From the NCBI GenBank assembly GCA_903944345.1, contig CAJARJ010000015.1, positions 70,433 through 134,432 on the forward strand: a stretch of DNA of 64,000 bases, given 5' to 3'. Below are positions 1 to 10,747 of this stretch, piece by piece. The position numbers were made by a program, and so were the translations under genes. The notes under the pieces are model-generated. The model was given only the letters and a program-made list of their open reading frames with translations, was not told the origin of the DNA and searched no databases. How positions within the stretch are numbered: position 1 is the first letter of the stretch; the number at the start of each line of letters is the position of its first letter. Source of the stretch: Candidatus Omnitrophota bacterium (lineage in GTDB: Bacteria; Omnitrophota; Gorgyraeia; Zapsychrales; Fredricksoniimonadaceae).

Positions 1-115
1 CCTGGCACGAACATCCTCCCGAACAAGACCCTCCCGGACGAAGAAAAGCAACAACCCGGGCAACCAGCAGGGCAATGACTCCGCCAACAATCAGGACAAC
101 CACTATCTTTTGCAT
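1..115 (-). CDS. FeoB-associated Cys-rich small membrane protein (runs off window edge)
   Basis: Hand translation from ATG at 115: MQKIVVVLIVGGVIALLVARVVAFLRPGGSCSGGCSCQ...; one TM helix then Cys-rich tail, 4 bp after feoB stop. Confidence 0.8.
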   Translation of the reverse strand, partial: MQKIVVVLIVGGVIALLVARVVAFLRPGGSCSGGCSCQ

Positions 116-119
116 AATC

Positions 120-2204
120 TTATCCTTTCACTCCGATTAACATTCCTCCCTGGTACACCACAAACGCCGCCACCCAGGCCAGCACTGTAGTCCAGAAAAG
201 CAGAAAAAACAGCCATTTGGCTTTTGATCCGGTCTCCCGGTAAAAAACCGTAATGGCAACAATACAGGGCGCGTAAATAAGACAAAACACCAGAAAGGCA
301 ACAGCTTTTAACGGACTCCACGCCGGATCAGCAGCCAACTGTTCTTTAAGAGAATCCGCATCTTCCGGGTCAACTTCACCTAACGAATAAACAGTCCCCA
401 ATGTACTGACCACAATTTCTTTGGCCGCCAGCCCGGCAATAAGCGCAACCCCCGCACTTCCTTCCATGCCTATCGGCTTGAGTACCGGAGCCAGAACGCC
501 GGCCAACTGCCCCGCATAACTATGTTCCATCTGATATGCCGCAGCAACCTCCCCGACAACATCTCCGGTTGGCGCCACCTCGGGGAATTTAAAGGCAGCC
601 CAAATCACGACAGATAACAATAGTATAATCGTCCCGGCTTTCCGCAGATAAAGCCAGCCACGTTCCCACATCTTCAGCAGTAGACCCTGAATCGTCGGCA
701 ACCGATAAGGCGGCAGCTCCATGACAAAATGCGCCGATTCACCTTTGAGCACAAAAGTTTTAAGTATCCATGCCGATCCAAAAGCAATCCCAATACTCAG
801 TGAATACATAAGCATCATCATCCCGGCTCCCTGCTCTGCAGGAAAAAACGCAGCAATAAACAAGGCAAAGATGGGCAACTTGGCTCCGCAAATCATAAAT
901 GGCACAACCATCATGGTGATCAGCCGGTCCCGGGGGCTTTCAAGTGTCCTGGTTGCCATTAATCCGGGAACAGCACAACCATTGGTCGATATCATCAGCG
1001 GCAAAAAAGATTTGCCGTGAAGCCCGAACTTGCTCATCAATTTATCCATTACAAATGCCGCCCGGGCCATGTAGCCGGAATCTTCAAAAAATGCGATTGC
1101 AAAAAACATAAACAAAACCAGCGGAAAAAAGCCAAGCACCCCCCCAACACCCCCGACTATCCCGTCCACTACCAGAGACTGCAGCAAGCCATCGGGAATA
1201 GACTTCTGCGCAAAGTGACCCAGCCATTCAAAAAGGCCCTCCACCCACCCGACCACAGGAGCCGAAAAAGCAAAAGTAAATTTGAAGATCACATACATGA
1301 CCAGGGCAAAAACAGGCAATCCAAAAAAACGACTCAAGACAATCTTGTCGATCTTTTCAGAAGCACTTATTCTGGCTTCAGAAATTTCCGTCACAACCTC
1401 TGCGCAAATCCCGCTGACAAAACCATAACGCCGGTCAGCCACCAGAACATCCGTCGTTTCGGAAAAATGCGCAGCCAGATGAGCCTGGCTTTTTTCCAGC
1501 GTTGCATGATAAACACCTCCCACAGAAGACGACGCTATTCTTTGCAGGACATCCGGATCATTTTCAAGCGACTTGACTGCAAGCCAGCGAACCGGATATT
1601 CAACAGACAAAATCCGATCTCTGGCAAGTTCCTGCTCGAGTTTTTCAAGTTCCTGCACAATTTCTGCCCCGTAATCAACACTGGCCCGGGCAGGAGTTCG
1701 CCCTTTTTGCTCATACACGCTGATAACCGCCTGCAACAAGTCTTTAACCCCCTCATTCTTGTTCCCGACCGTTACCACAACCGGAATATTCAAAAGGCGC
1801 TCCAGCTTTTTATAATCAATAGCCAACCCCTTGCTCTTGACCAGATCACTCATGTTCATAGCCAGAAGAAGCGGAGCATCAAGCTCAATCAGCTGGGTCG
1901 CCAGATAAAGATTACGTTCCAGATTGGAAGCATCAATGACATGCACCACAACATCCGGTTTTTCCCGCAAAATAAAATCACGCGCAACCTTTTCATCGTC
2001 CGAGCCAGCCGACAGGCTGTACGTTCCCGGCAAATCTACCACCGTAACCTCATAATTATCGGCGATTACCCGGCCTTCTTTTTTTTCAACAGTTACGCCG
2101 GGGTAGTTACCAACATGCTGGCGTGCCCCGGTCAGGCTGTTAAAGATAGTTGACTTCCCGCAATTAGGATTGCCGGCCAATGCTACCGTAAACTTCTTCT
2201 CCAT
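120..2204 (-). CDS. feoB: Ferrous iron transporter B
   Basis: G1 GNPNCGKS, GNYPGVTVE, DLPGTYSL, membrane domain with FVMELPPY. Confidence 0.97.
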   Translation of the reverse strand: MEKKFTVALAGNPNCGKSTIFNSLTGARQHVGNYPGVTVEKKEGRVIADNYEVTVVDLPGTYSLSAGSDDEKVARDFILREKPDVVVHVIDASNLERNLYLATQLIELDAPLLLAMNMSDLVKSKGLAIDYKKLERLLNIPVVVTVGNKNEGVKDLLQAVISVYEQKGRTPARASVDYGAEIVQELEKLEQELARDRILSVEYPVRWLAVKSLENDPDVLQRIASSSVGGVYHATLEKSQAHLAAHFSETTDVLVADRRYGFVSGICAEVVTEISEARISASEKIDKIVLSRFFGLPVFALVMYVIFKFTFAFSAPVVGWVEGLFEWLGHFAQKSIPDGLLQSLVVDGIVGGVGGVLGFFPLVLFMFFAIAFFEDSGYMARAAFVMDKLMSKFGLHGKSFLPLMISTNGCAVPGLMATRTLESPRDRLITMMVVPFMICGAKLPIFALFIAAFFPAEQGAGMMMLMYSLSIGIAFGSAWILKTFVLKGESAHFVMELPPYRLPTIQGLLLKMWERGWLYLRKAGTIILLLSVVIWAAFKFPEVAPTGDVVGEVAAAYQMEHSYAGQLAGVLAPVLKPIGMEGSAGVALIAGLAAKEIVVSTLGTVYSLGEVDPEDADSLKEQLAADPAWSPLKAVAFLVFCLIYAPCIVAITVFYRETGSKAKWLFFLLFWTTVLAWVAAFVVYQGGMLIGVKG

Positions 2205-2241
2205 CTTGATGCCTCCTCTGGCCTGTCCCTCACGCCTTACT

Positions 2242-2472
2242 CTATATTTCTACCGCCACCAGGGCCGCTTCTTCCTTTCTTAAAGAAAGCGCGTAGCCCC
2301 TGAGCACAAGTTCAACCGGATCTCCAAACGGCGCAACACGCTCTACCTTGACCTGTACGCCGGGAACAAGGCCCATATCCAGCAGCCTTTTCTTTAATGA
2401 CCCTTCCGCAAGAAGCTTTACAATCTTGGCTTTTTGTCCAATTTTCACTTCTGTCAGTTTCTCGGTTGCCAT
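2242..2472 (-). CDS. feoA: Ferrous iron transport protein A
   Basis: RLLDMGLVPG...APFGDP...LSLRKEEA; start MATEKL after AAGGA RBS. Confidence 0.95.
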   Translation of the reverse strand: MATEKLTEVKIGQKAKIVKLLAEGSLKKRLLDMGLVPGVQVKVERVAPFGDPVELVLRGYALSLRKEEAALVAVEI

Positions 2473-2506
2473 TGACTCATCCTTTTGATTAGCTCTCATG
2501 AACTGT

Positions 2507-2522
2507 GTTAGCCCAGGCTAAC
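2507..2522. promoter_or_regulatory. Putative DtxR-family operator upstream of feoA
   Basis: GTTAGCCCAGGCTAAC near-palindrome, matches copy at 3051. Confidence 0.75.
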
Positions 2523-2540
2523 TCAATAAACAAAAAAATA

Positions 2541-3008
2541 TTACGCACGCTCGCATTCACAGGTGACTTTTTTGCCAGTCTTCAAATACGTTTCCAGGTT
2601 CCTTAACAGCCTGGGCTTCTGGGTTCTGGCAGAATTTTCCAAAAACTTGAAAAACTTTACAAACCGGTCAAATGTTTCCTCACTGATGGCATGTTCAATG
2701 GAGCAAGCCTCCTGATCGGCCTGTTCCGGAGAAATCATAAGGAATTCCGTCAGAAAACGATAAAGAACATCGTGTTTCTCCTGAACGGCCGCAGCTAGTT
2801 TCTGTCCTTGCGGTGTCAGGGTGACGTAACCATATTTTTCATGAATCACCAGATCCCGGTCAGCAAGATTCTTCATGGCCGCATTGACACTCGGACTTTT
2901 GACATCCATCTTTTCGGCGATCTCGCTGACCCTGGCAACACCCTTCTCCCTGGACAAGGCGTGAATCGTCTCGAGATAATCTTCCATATTTTCGCTGAGT
3001 TTTTGCAT
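2541..3008 (-). CDS. DtxR/MntR-family metal-dependent repressor
   Basis: SENMEDYLETI, VKSPSV helix, EACSIEH metal-site motif. Confidence 0.93.
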   Translation of the reverse strand: MQKLSENMEDYLETIHALSREKGVARVSEIAEKMDVKSPSVNAAMKNLADRDLVIHEKYGYVTLTPQGQKLAAAVQEKHDVLYRFLTEFLMISPEQADQEACSIEHAISEETFDRFVKFFKFLENSARTQKPRLLRNLETYLKTGKKVTCECERA

Positions 3009-3049
3009 ATCCGTGTCTTTTGATAAATTCGGCCATGAAAGAAAAGCAT

Positions 3050-3067
3050 TGTTAGTCTAGGCTAACA
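3050..3067. promoter_or_regulatory. Putative DtxR-family operator (autoregulatory)
   Basis: TGTTAGTCTAGGCTAACA near-perfect palindrome upstream of the DtxR gene. Confidence 0.75.
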
Positions 3068-3154
3068 TCCGGGTTTTGTCAAACAGAAACAGGCTCTCGC
3101 AAAAAGTATGTCTATGTAGAATGCCCCGGGAAGAAATGCCCTTGCAGACACGCG

Positions 3155-4408
3155 TTACGATCTTTTTCTGACAGAATCCCAACGAGACAAAAGCGCAGCA
3201 ACCAGCAATACTCCAGCCAACATCCCGACGGATACAACAAGATTGTTCAAAAGCGCCGGCCGGATGAGAAGTAACAGTCCCAGCACCAGCATCATCAACC
3301 CCGAAACCAGCTTAAGCAAACGCCCCTCACGTTCACTAAGCTTACGCGAACCCAAGGTCGTGGCAAAAAGCACGACTATTACCAGTAATGGAATCACATA
3401 AACCACGCAATACAAAGCAAGATACAGATAATATCGCGAAACTGGAAGATTCTGCAAGGTCAAGGCCCGCGTGAAAATCATCGGAAAACCCGCCGTACAC
3501 AAAAGTTCATACATATTAGCCAGCACCGACAAGACCAGAGTTCCAGCCAGAAGGCCGGGCATTGAGCCGGCAGAAATAAGGGCGCGCATCCGGGACGTCA
3601 GCGATTCACGGGCCTCCCGGGAGAGTGTCAAGGAAACTCCCTGTTTGAAAAAAAAGTAATCCTTGATATTAATGACCGCCATCACAAGGGCAATGATCCC
3701 GGCGATCCCGGTAATAAGATTAACTTTCCCTGTAACCATGAAAAGGTTGAGCCAAGCCGCCATAAACAGAAAATACACCAGTCCCGAACAAAATACAAAA
3801 ACACCACCCACCACCAGCATCCTGATCCGTGATTGTGCATGGGCCATAAAGCTCAGAAGCATCAACAAGACAAAGAATGCACACGGATTAAAGCTGTCCA
3901 GCCCCGCCAGGACAACGGTCAAAAGCGGCAGGGACACCCGGGAGGTATCTGTGCGCCCAAGAAAAGGCAAGTCTACCGCTGAAGGCGCCGGAAGGCTCGC
4001 GACTGAACGCTGCATCAGTTCCGCCGGATCCAGGCAGTTGACGCTCATACACTCCCTGACGGACTCCTCGATCTGCACAGACTTCTCATCACTAAAACCC
4101 AACCATGAACGAATATCGATAAATGTGGCCGGAACGCTCCCTCCACTCAGACCGTAAGCTGCGGCCATTTTCTGATAGAGCTCCTTGTTTTGCTCGTTAT
4201 ACCAGACCTCGTAATCCCTGACGACCAGGCCCGGATACTTTTCCTTGAGGCTCTCCAGAAACGGCTTTTCATGACCGCAATGCGGACAGCCGTCACCCCA
4301 GAAAAAATATAACACCGCCTTTGGCTCAGTCTCTTGTGTCAAAGCCGTTTTAGCTGGACACACAGCTGCAAAAAGGACAAGAAACAAAAATGCGAATTTC
4401 CTGATCAT
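3155..4408 (-). CDS. Thioredoxin/glutaredoxin domain fused to DsbD/CcdA-like membrane domain
   Basis: Signal peptide, GCPHC active site, DSFNPCA and ELLCTAG membrane Cys motifs. Confidence 0.8.
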   Translation of the reverse strand: MIRKFAFLFLVLFAAVCPAKTALTQETEPKAVLYFFWGDGCPHCGHEKPFLESLKEKYPGLVVRDYEVWYNEQNKELYQKMAAAYGLSGGSVPATFIDIRSWLGFSDEKSVQIEESVRECMSVNCLDPAELMQRSVASLPAPSAVDLPFLGRTDTSRVSLPLLTVVLAGLDSFNPCAFFVLLMLLSFMAHAQSRIRMLVVGGVFVFCSGLVYFLFMAAWLNLFMVTGKVNLITGIAGIIALVMAVINIKDYFFFKQGVSLTLSREARESLTSRMRALISAGSMPGLLAGTLVLSVLANMYELLCTAGFPMIFTRALTLQNLPVSRYYLYLALYCVVYVIPLLVIVVLFATTLGSRKLSEREGRLLKLVSGLMMLVLGLLLLIRPALLNNLVVSVGMLAGVLLVAALLSRWDSVRKRS

Positions 4409-4569
4409 TGAAACCTCCTGTATATTGCCCTCATCATACCATCGCAGCCTGGCTGAAAACAACAGAAAGCCATTACAACTTGCATGGTTGTAATGGCTTT
4501 CTGCACCGGGAATACCAATCACACCGGCGATTCCAATTCTTTTTCGCTACAAATCAACTTCTACTCTCT

Positions 4570-4932
4570 TTACCGAGAGCAGATCGAGGGAGTTCCGGCG
4601 ACAATGCGCGCTGCCTGCTCAACACAATCCGCGCACCCCAATCGCCGGGCGGAACGAATAGTACGACAAGTAAGCCCGCCGGCTTCGCGCTGAAAGAAGG
4701 CCTCAATCTCGACCTTCTTTTCCGGTGCTGTCTTTTCGGCAATCTGCAGAGCTGCGTACACCGCCCCACAATACCCCTGAGCAGCACGGCCACCCGACGC
4801 TCCCGCCATGGCCCTTACAAAATCGTCTGCAAGGTCACAGGAATCCCGTAGAGCTTCTGCTACAGCCTGCGCACAGGTTAAGCGGGGAACCCCCTGACCC
4901 AGAAAATACTTACGTGCTGTCTCTGCAACCAT
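4570..4932 (-). CDS. C_GCAxxG_C_C family putative redox protein
   Basis: TCAQAV, GYCGAV, LTCRTI, CADCV pattern; RBS AGGAGG before ATG 4932. Confidence 0.8.
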   Translation of the reverse strand: MVAETARKYFLGQGVPRLTCAQAVAEALRDSCDLADDFVRAMAGASGGRAAQGYCGAVYAALQIAEKTAPEKKVEIEAFFQREAGGLTCRTIRSARRLGCADCVEQAARIVAGTPSICSR

Positions 4933-4990
4933 AATACAAAGCCTCCTGCTATTGACATCTTTAAGACTTGCTAAACCGCTCTTCTCGTTC

Positions 4991-5031
4991 TTGGCATATG
5001 TCAATAATAGCCGAAAAAAAGATTTTGTCAA
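4991..5031 (-). promoter_or_regulatory. Sigma70-like promoter with TTGGCATATGTCAA operator
   Basis: Minus strand TTGACA (5031-5026), TATTAT (5009-5004), palindrome 4991-5004; same layout at 14250-14288. Confidence 0.65.
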
Positions 5032-5048
5032 GTCCGGAAAGAAAACAA

Positions 5049-8000
5049 CTATTTTCGGGAATGATCGACAGCCAGCAACATGTACATCGCCGGCACAACA
5101 AAAACCGTAAACAAGGTGCCGATAGCAATACCCGTCGCAATCACAAGCCCCATATTAAAACGGCCCGCCGCGCCGGCGCCGGAGGCAATCACCAAGGGCA
5201 TGACACCAAGAACGGTAGAGGCGGTGGTCATCAAAATCGGACGCAAACGAATCCCGGAAGACATCTCAATCGCCTCGCGCTTCTTCTTGCCTTCTTTTTG
5301 CAAATCATTGGCAAACTGGACAATCAAAATCCCGTGTTTACTGATAAGGCCTATCAGAGTGACCAGCCCGACCTGGGTATAAATATTAAGCGTCGCCCCT
5401 CCGATCCCCAGACTGATGAAAATCATGGCCCCGCAAATCGACATGGGAACGCTGACCAGAATAATCAAAGGGTCACGAAAACTCTCGAACTGCGCCGCCA
5501 GTGCGAGAAAAATAATAATAATGGCAAAAAAGAAAGTCAGAACAAGTGAGCTGGATTCTTTCATAAACTGGCGCGACTGTCCCGAGTAATCTACTCCATA
5601 CCCCTGTGGCAGGGAATCCTGGCCTATTTTTCTCAAAGCCTCCAGAGCCTGTCCCAGCGTGACTCCCGGCATGGGGACTCCCGAGATTGTGACAGAATTA
5701 AGCTGCTGAAAATGGTTAAGCGAACGGGGAACAACTGCTTTTTTAAGGCTGGCAATCGTGCCCAGCGGGACTACGGAACCATTTTTCGTAGTCATGTAGT
5801 AATCCAAAAGCTGATCGGCATTAAGACGTTCTTTCTGCATAGCCTGCGGGATCACCTTGTAGGAACGGCCGGAAAGACTAAAATAATTGACATACCCGCC
5901 GCCGAGCATGGATCCCAGCGCTCCGCCCACTTCTTGCATGGATAACCCCATCTGCGCCGCCTTCTCCCGGTCGATCAGCAGCTGGGTCTGCGGCTTGTCA
6001 ATCTTCAAATCCTTGTCCACATAAATAAACATTCCACTGGCTTTGGCCTTGTCCAGAACAGCCTGGGCCACCTCGTCAAGACGCTCGGGTGAATCGGTTG
6101 TCCCGATTACAAACTGCACGGGCATACCTTCTCCTCCACCCGGAAGAGCCGGTGGCAGAAACGCCACACCATCTACCCCGGTCAAACCTGCCAGCTTTGT
6201 CTGCAAGTCCTCCTGTACCGCCAGAGAAGAACGTTTGCGGTCTTTCCAGGGCTTGAGCACCACCCCGCCAAAAGAGGAATTCAGTCCGCCCATGCCATCG
6301 ATCTGGAAAAAGTGTTCCGCCTCGGGGTAATCCTTGACAATTTTCCCGATCTCTCCGGAATAAAGCACCATCTGATCCAAAGATGCCGTAGGAGCCCCCG
6401 TATAAAACGCCATGACAAAACCAGGATCCTCTGTCGGCGCAAGTTCGCTCTTGGCACTGACAAAAAGATAGTAATTACTCATAAGGACAATGGCAGCAAA
6501 GACCGCAACTACCGGTAAATTATCCAGTGCTCCATGCAGAAACTTCTCGTAGAGCCTGCGCAAAGCCTCGAAACGCTCATCAATAAACTCGACAAAAGTG
6601 TGCCGCTCCTTGTGCTCGTAATGCCTGAGCAGCCTGGCGCACATCATTGGTGACAAAGTCAGAGCAACCACAGCCGAAACCGTAACCGCTCCGGCCAGAG
6701 TAAAGGCAAACTCGGTGAAGAGTGCTCCAGTCAACCCGCCCATAAATCCAATGGGGACATAAACAGCAATCAGCACAATCGTCATGGCAATGACCGGACC
6801 ACACAGCTCCCGCCCGCCCCGAAGCGCCGCTTCCAGAGGAGGCAGCCCGTCTTCTATATGCCGGTGGATATTCTCGACCACAATAATCGCATCATCTACA
6901 ACCAGTCCGATGGCCAGAACAAGAGCCAGCAGAGTCAACAGATTGATGGTATAGCCCATCAACAACATGATAAAGAATGTTCCCACCAATGACAGTGGCA
7001 TCGCCAGCGAAGGAATAAGAACAGAACGAAACGATCCCAGAAAAAGGAAGATCACGCCCGTCACAATCAAAAGGGCTTCAAGCAGTGTCTTGACAACTTC
7101 ATGGATTGAATTATTAACGTAATTGGTCGCATCATAAACAATGCGACCCTCAAGCCCCTGGGGAAGCTGGGACTCAATCTCGGGAAAAACTTTTCGTACC
7201 CGGTCAATGACCGTCAGAAGATTGGCGGTCGGCGCCACCTTGATACCCACAAACACCGCACTCTCGCCATCGAAGGAAACTGAAACATCATAATTTTCCG
7301 AACCAAGAGTGACGTTGGCAACGTCTTCCAGCCGTACGATAGCACCCCCCACGGAACGAACAACCATCTTCCTGAACTCCGCCACCGAATGCATTCCGGT
7401 TGCGGCTGTCAAATCCATTGTCACCACCTGCCCCTGGGTGCGCCCTACAGCAGAAATAAAATTATTCGCTGCCAGAGCGGAACTCACATCCGACGCGGTC
7501 AAGCCGTAAGCGGCCAGCCTCCGGGGATCAAGCCAGATGCGCATAGCAAACTGGCGACTTCCGATGACCTCCGCAGTCTGCACACCTTCGACTGTCTGCA
7601 ATTTGGGCTGCACCACCCGAACCAGATAATCAGAAGTATTATTTGCAGGCAGAACCTTACTGTAAAAGCCAAGATACATGGAAGCAGTCGATTCCCCGGT
7701 TTCCACTGTTATGGTCGGTTGCTGGGCTTCTGCCGGCAACTGGTTACGCACCGCATTCACCTTGGTGTTAATCTCGGTAAGAGCACGATTCGAGTCATAA
7801 TTCAGGCGCAAAGTAGCCTTGATGGTGCTGACACTCGGGCTGCTGGAAGAAGACATATAGTCAATGCCGTTCGCCTGGGCGATTGAATTCTCAAGAGGTG
7901 TTGTAATAAACCCGGCCACCAGTTCCGGATCTGCGCCCGTGTAAACAGTCGTAACGGTTATGACCGCATTCTGTGTCTCGGGATACTCCCGCACGCCCAG

Positions 8001-8093
8001 CAAACTCACGGCCCGGATACCCAGGACAAGGATCACGAGGCTGACAACAATCGCCAGAACCGGACGACGGATAAAGATATCGGTAAAATTCAT
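5049..8093 (-). CDS. RND efflux permease (AcrB/MexI-MexW-like)
   Basis: FIRRPVLA N-terminus, AIGLVVDDAIIVVENI, RLRPILMT. Confidence 0.96.
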   Translation of the reverse strand: MNFTDIFIRRPVLAIVVSLVILVLGIRAVSLLGVREYPETQNAVITVTTVYTGADPELVAGFITTPLENSIAQANGIDYMSSSSSPSVSTIKATLRLNYDSNRALTEINTKVNAVRNQLPAEAQQPTITVETGESTASMYLGFYSKVLPANNTSDYLVRVVQPKLQTVEGVQTAEVIGSRQFAMRIWLDPRRLAAYGLTASDVSSALAANNFISAVGRTQGQVVTMDLTAATGMHSVAEFRKMVVRSVGGAIVRLEDVANVTLGSENYDVSVSFDGESAVFVGIKVAPTANLLTVIDRVRKVFPEIESQLPQGLEGRIVYDATNYVNNSIHEVVKTLLEALLIVTGVIFLFLGSFRSVLIPSLAMPLSLVGTFFIMLLMGYTINLLTLLALVLAIGLVVDDAIIVVENIHRHIEDGLPPLEAALRGGRELCGPVIAMTIVLIAVYVPIGFMGGLTGALFTEFAFTLAGAVTVSAVVALTLSPMMCARLLRHYEHKERHTFVEFIDERFEALRRLYEKFLHGALDNLPVVAVFAAIVLMSNYYLFVSAKSELAPTEDPGFVMAFYTGAPTASLDQMVLYSGEIGKIVKDYPEAEHFFQIDGMGGLNSSFGGVVLKPWKDRKRSSLAVQEDLQTKLAGLTGVDGVAFLPPALPGGGEGMPVQFVIGTTDSPERLDEVAQAVLDKAKASGMFIYVDKDLKIDKPQTQLLIDREKAAQMGLSMQEVGGALGSMLGGGYVNYFSLSGRSYKVIPQAMQKERLNADQLLDYYMTTKNGSVVPLGTIASLKKAVVPRSLNHFQQLNSVTISGVPMPGVTLGQALEALRKIGQDSLPQGYGVDYSGQSRQFMKESSSLVLTFFFAIIIIFLALAAQFESFRDPLIILVSVPMSICGAMIFISLGIGGATLNIYTQVGLVTLIGLISKHGILIVQFANDLQKEGKKKREAIEMSSGIRLRPILMTTASTVLGVMPLVIASGAGAAGRFNMGLVIATGIAIGTLFTVFVVPAMYMLLAVDHSRK

Positions 8094-8105
8094 AACACTC
8101 TTTCT

Positions 8106-9236
8106 TTATTCATCCCGCGGATTCGGAGCAGGATCGTTAGGCAATGCGGGCTCATTGCTAATCACCAGCAAGCTCCCGTTCTTCAGTTTATGCTGCCCGG
8201 CTGAAACAACCTCGCTGCCGACAGGTATGCCATCAAGAACCGCAATCTGATCTCCCCGCGTCTCCCCGGTTTTAATAAACGTCTGCCGGGCCGTCAGGAC
8301 AGGCTGCCCGTCGGCGCCCTTCTCTTTCTCCTCAACCAGAAAGACTGTTTCGCCATACGGATTAAAACTGACGCACGCCTGCGGGATGGTCACCTGATTA
8401 AGAACATTCCCGGACTTGACTTCAACAGATACAAACATCCCTGGCAAAAACTCTCCTGCAGGATTGGCAACGGTGGCCTCGACCAGAATATTGCGCGAAT
8501 CCTTGTCGACCCGGGGGGCCATAGCCGTAATTTTCCCCTCAAACACATGCCCAGGACGCGCATCCGCCGTGATTATAACCATCTGCCCGGTCGAAAGCCG
8601 CGCAAACTCCTGCTGCGGAACAAAGAAATCTACCCGCAAAGGATCCATTGCCTGCAAAGTTACAAAAGTTTCCCCCGGGTTAAGATATCCACCCACGCTT
8701 AACGTACTTATCCCTAACTTCCCGGAGAACGGCGCCCGGATAGTTTTCTTCGCGATCATTGCCTCCTGCTCTTCGACCTGAGCTTCCCGGCTTTTAAGCT
8801 CGGCAACACCCGCATCCACGACAGCCTGGCTGATCGCCCGCACATCCAGCTGTTTCTTGTCCCGTTCATAAACAATCCTGGCCAATTCGGCAGCGGCTTT
8901 CAAAGCTTTCAGGCGTGCCCGGTCGGTATCCGCATTCAGTTCCATCAACACATCCCCAAGCTGCACTTCATCTCCTGAAGAGAAATGAACCGCCTGAACC
9001 TGTCCTGCCACCTCACTCGAAATTTCGACCCCCCTGGCGGCCCGCAAATCTCCTACAACATTAATGCCAGGCTGCCACAACTGCGTACCGGCCCGGACAG
9101 TAGACACACTGACCGGCGGCTCCTTCTGAGAGGCAAAATACTGCTTCATCATATAACTGCCAAAGGCATGATAGCCCCAAATGCCGCCAAAAACACACCC
9201 GACAATAACCAGCATAAGCAACATCTTTTTACCCAT
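8106..9236 (-). CDS. RND periplasmic adaptor (MFP)
   Basis: N-terminal anchor, EVAGQV lipoyl half, TIRAPFSG, LPGMFV. Confidence 0.95.
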   Translation of the reverse strand: MGKKMLLMLVIVGCVFGGIWGYHAFGSYMMKQYFASQKEPPVSVSTVRAGTQLWQPGINVVGDLRAARGVEISSEVAGQVQAVHFSSGDEVQLGDVLMELNADTDRARLKALKAAAELARIVYERDKKQLDVRAISQAVVDAGVAELKSREAQVEEQEAMIAKKTIRAPFSGKLGISTLSVGGYLNPGETFVTLQAMDPLRVDFFVPQQEFARLSTGQMVIITADARPGHVFEGKITAMAPRVDKDSRNILVEATVANPAGEFLPGMFVSVEVKSGNVLNQVTIPQACVSFNPYGETVFLVEEKEKGADGQPVLTARQTFIKTGETRGDQIAVLDGIPVGSEVVSAGQHKLKNGSLLVISNEPALPNDPAPNPRDE

Positions 9237-9245
9237 AACGACTCC

Positions 9246-10745
9246 TTATTCTCTTTCTCCGGGTAGAACGTCCTGATCCCGGTTTTCCCACCCGCCACCG
9301 AGTGACTGAAATAACGCAGCCGTATCCGACAGACGCGCGGCCTGCGCGCGCACCAAAGCAATGCTGGCTCTCTGATACTGCTGCTGCGCATTTAATACAA
9401 CCGAATAACTGATCGCGCCGGACTGAAACTGTTTACGCGCCAACATCAGCGACTCTTCCGCCGCCGAATATGCACTGGCCTGGGCTTTCAGGACAGAAGC
9501 GTCCGTCTCAAGAGCATGCAGAGTATCAGCTATATTCTGAAAAGCCCCAAGAACTGTTTGCCGGTAGTTGGCGGCCGCCTGATCAAAAGCCGCCTGCGCG
9601 CCTCTTTTCCTGGCACGCAGACTGCCGCCATTAAAAATCGGCTGCGTCAGCCCGCCAGCAAGGCTCCACACCAGACTTTCCCCTTTAAAAAGATTCTCCC
9701 AACGCCCGGCCTGCGGGCCGTAACTGCCGCCTAAAGTTATTTGCGGAAAAAGATTGGCCGTCGCCACCCCAACCCCGGCGCTGGCTACCTGCAAAAGCGC
9801 TTCCGCAGCCCGTATATCTGGACGCTGACGAGCAAAATCCGAAGGCAGCGATAACGGCAACTCAACCGGCAAAACAAAAGAGGAAAGTTCGAACTGCGCC
9901 AGGCTGCCGGATTCTGAAGGCAAACGCCCCAGCAATGTCGCCAGCTGATGCCTTGACCAGCCAAGTTCTTTCTCATATACCGGTAGTGTCGCACGCACAG
10001 CTTCCACCTCGGCCCGTAGCCCCAGGACTTCTGAACGGGATGCTCCCCCCAAAGCCTGCTGCTGCTCAATCAGCTCAAGCTGCTCTTTCTGAGCCGCAAT
10101 GATTTCTTTTGTCGCCTGCAGCTCTGCTCGCAATGCCGCTTCCCTGATAACCGTCGTCACAATATTTCCACCAAGTACAAGACGGGCAGCCTCCAGACGA
10201 AATTTCTCATAATCCACCCTGGCCTTCAACGCTTCGATCTCACGCCGGGCCCCGCCAAAGATATCAAAAGTATAGGAAACCGCTACCGAAGCACTGTGAA
10301 GATTAAGAATATTCCCTTCCCCGTCGGGCATCCCAAACGAAGCCGGAGAAGACTTAAAACGCGAGGAATCCAGCCCCAAAGAGGCGGCCGGGTAATTTTG
10401 ACTGCCGGTCCGCGCATTCACATTTTCCCTGGCTTCACGCAACGTCGCCTCTGCCGCAGAAAGAGTAGGACTATCCTCCAGGGCCTGACAGATCAAGGCA
10501 TCCAGTTCCACGGACTGAAACTTTGTCCACCACTGAGAAGAAATATCCATACCATCGACAAAATGCTGCGCCTCACCACCATGAACAGGTGCCGAATCGG
10601 TTTCTAATGGCAAGGGGGCGACCGTATATTCCCCGACTTCTGGCAAAAATCCCCCATGGAAATCCCTGCCCACAGAAACACAGCCGGGAAATACCGGCAA
10701 TAAAACCAACAAAACACCCCAAAGGATCTTGTTCATCTTTAACAT
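9246..10745 (-). CDS. Outer-membrane efflux lipoprotein (NodT/OprM family)
   Basis: Lipobox-like FPGC, RQRPDIRAAE, LFQSLGGGW C-terminus. Confidence 0.95.
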   Translation of the reverse strand: MLKMNKILWGVLLVLLPVFPGCVSVGRDFHGGFLPEVGEYTVAPLPLETDSAPVHGGEAQHFVDGMDISSQWWTKFQSVELDALICQALEDSPTLSAAEATLREARENVNARTGSQNYPAASLGLDSSRFKSSPASFGMPDGEGNILNLHSASVAVSYTFDIFGGARREIEALKARVDYEKFRLEAARLVLGGNIVTTVIREAALRAELQATKEIIAAQKEQLELIEQQQALGGASRSEVLGLRAEVEAVRATLPVYEKELGWSRHQLATLLGRLPSESGSLAQFELSSFVLPVELPLSLPSDFARQRPDIRAAEALLQVASAGVGVATANLFPQITLGGSYGPQAGRWENLFKGESLVWSLAGGLTQPIFNGGSLRARKRGAQAAFDQAAANYRQTVLGAFQNIADTLHALETDASVLKAQASAYSAAEESLMLARKQFQSGAISYSVVLNAQQQYQRASIALVRAQAARLSDTAALFQSLGGGWENRDQDVLPGERE

Positions 10746-10747
10746 AG

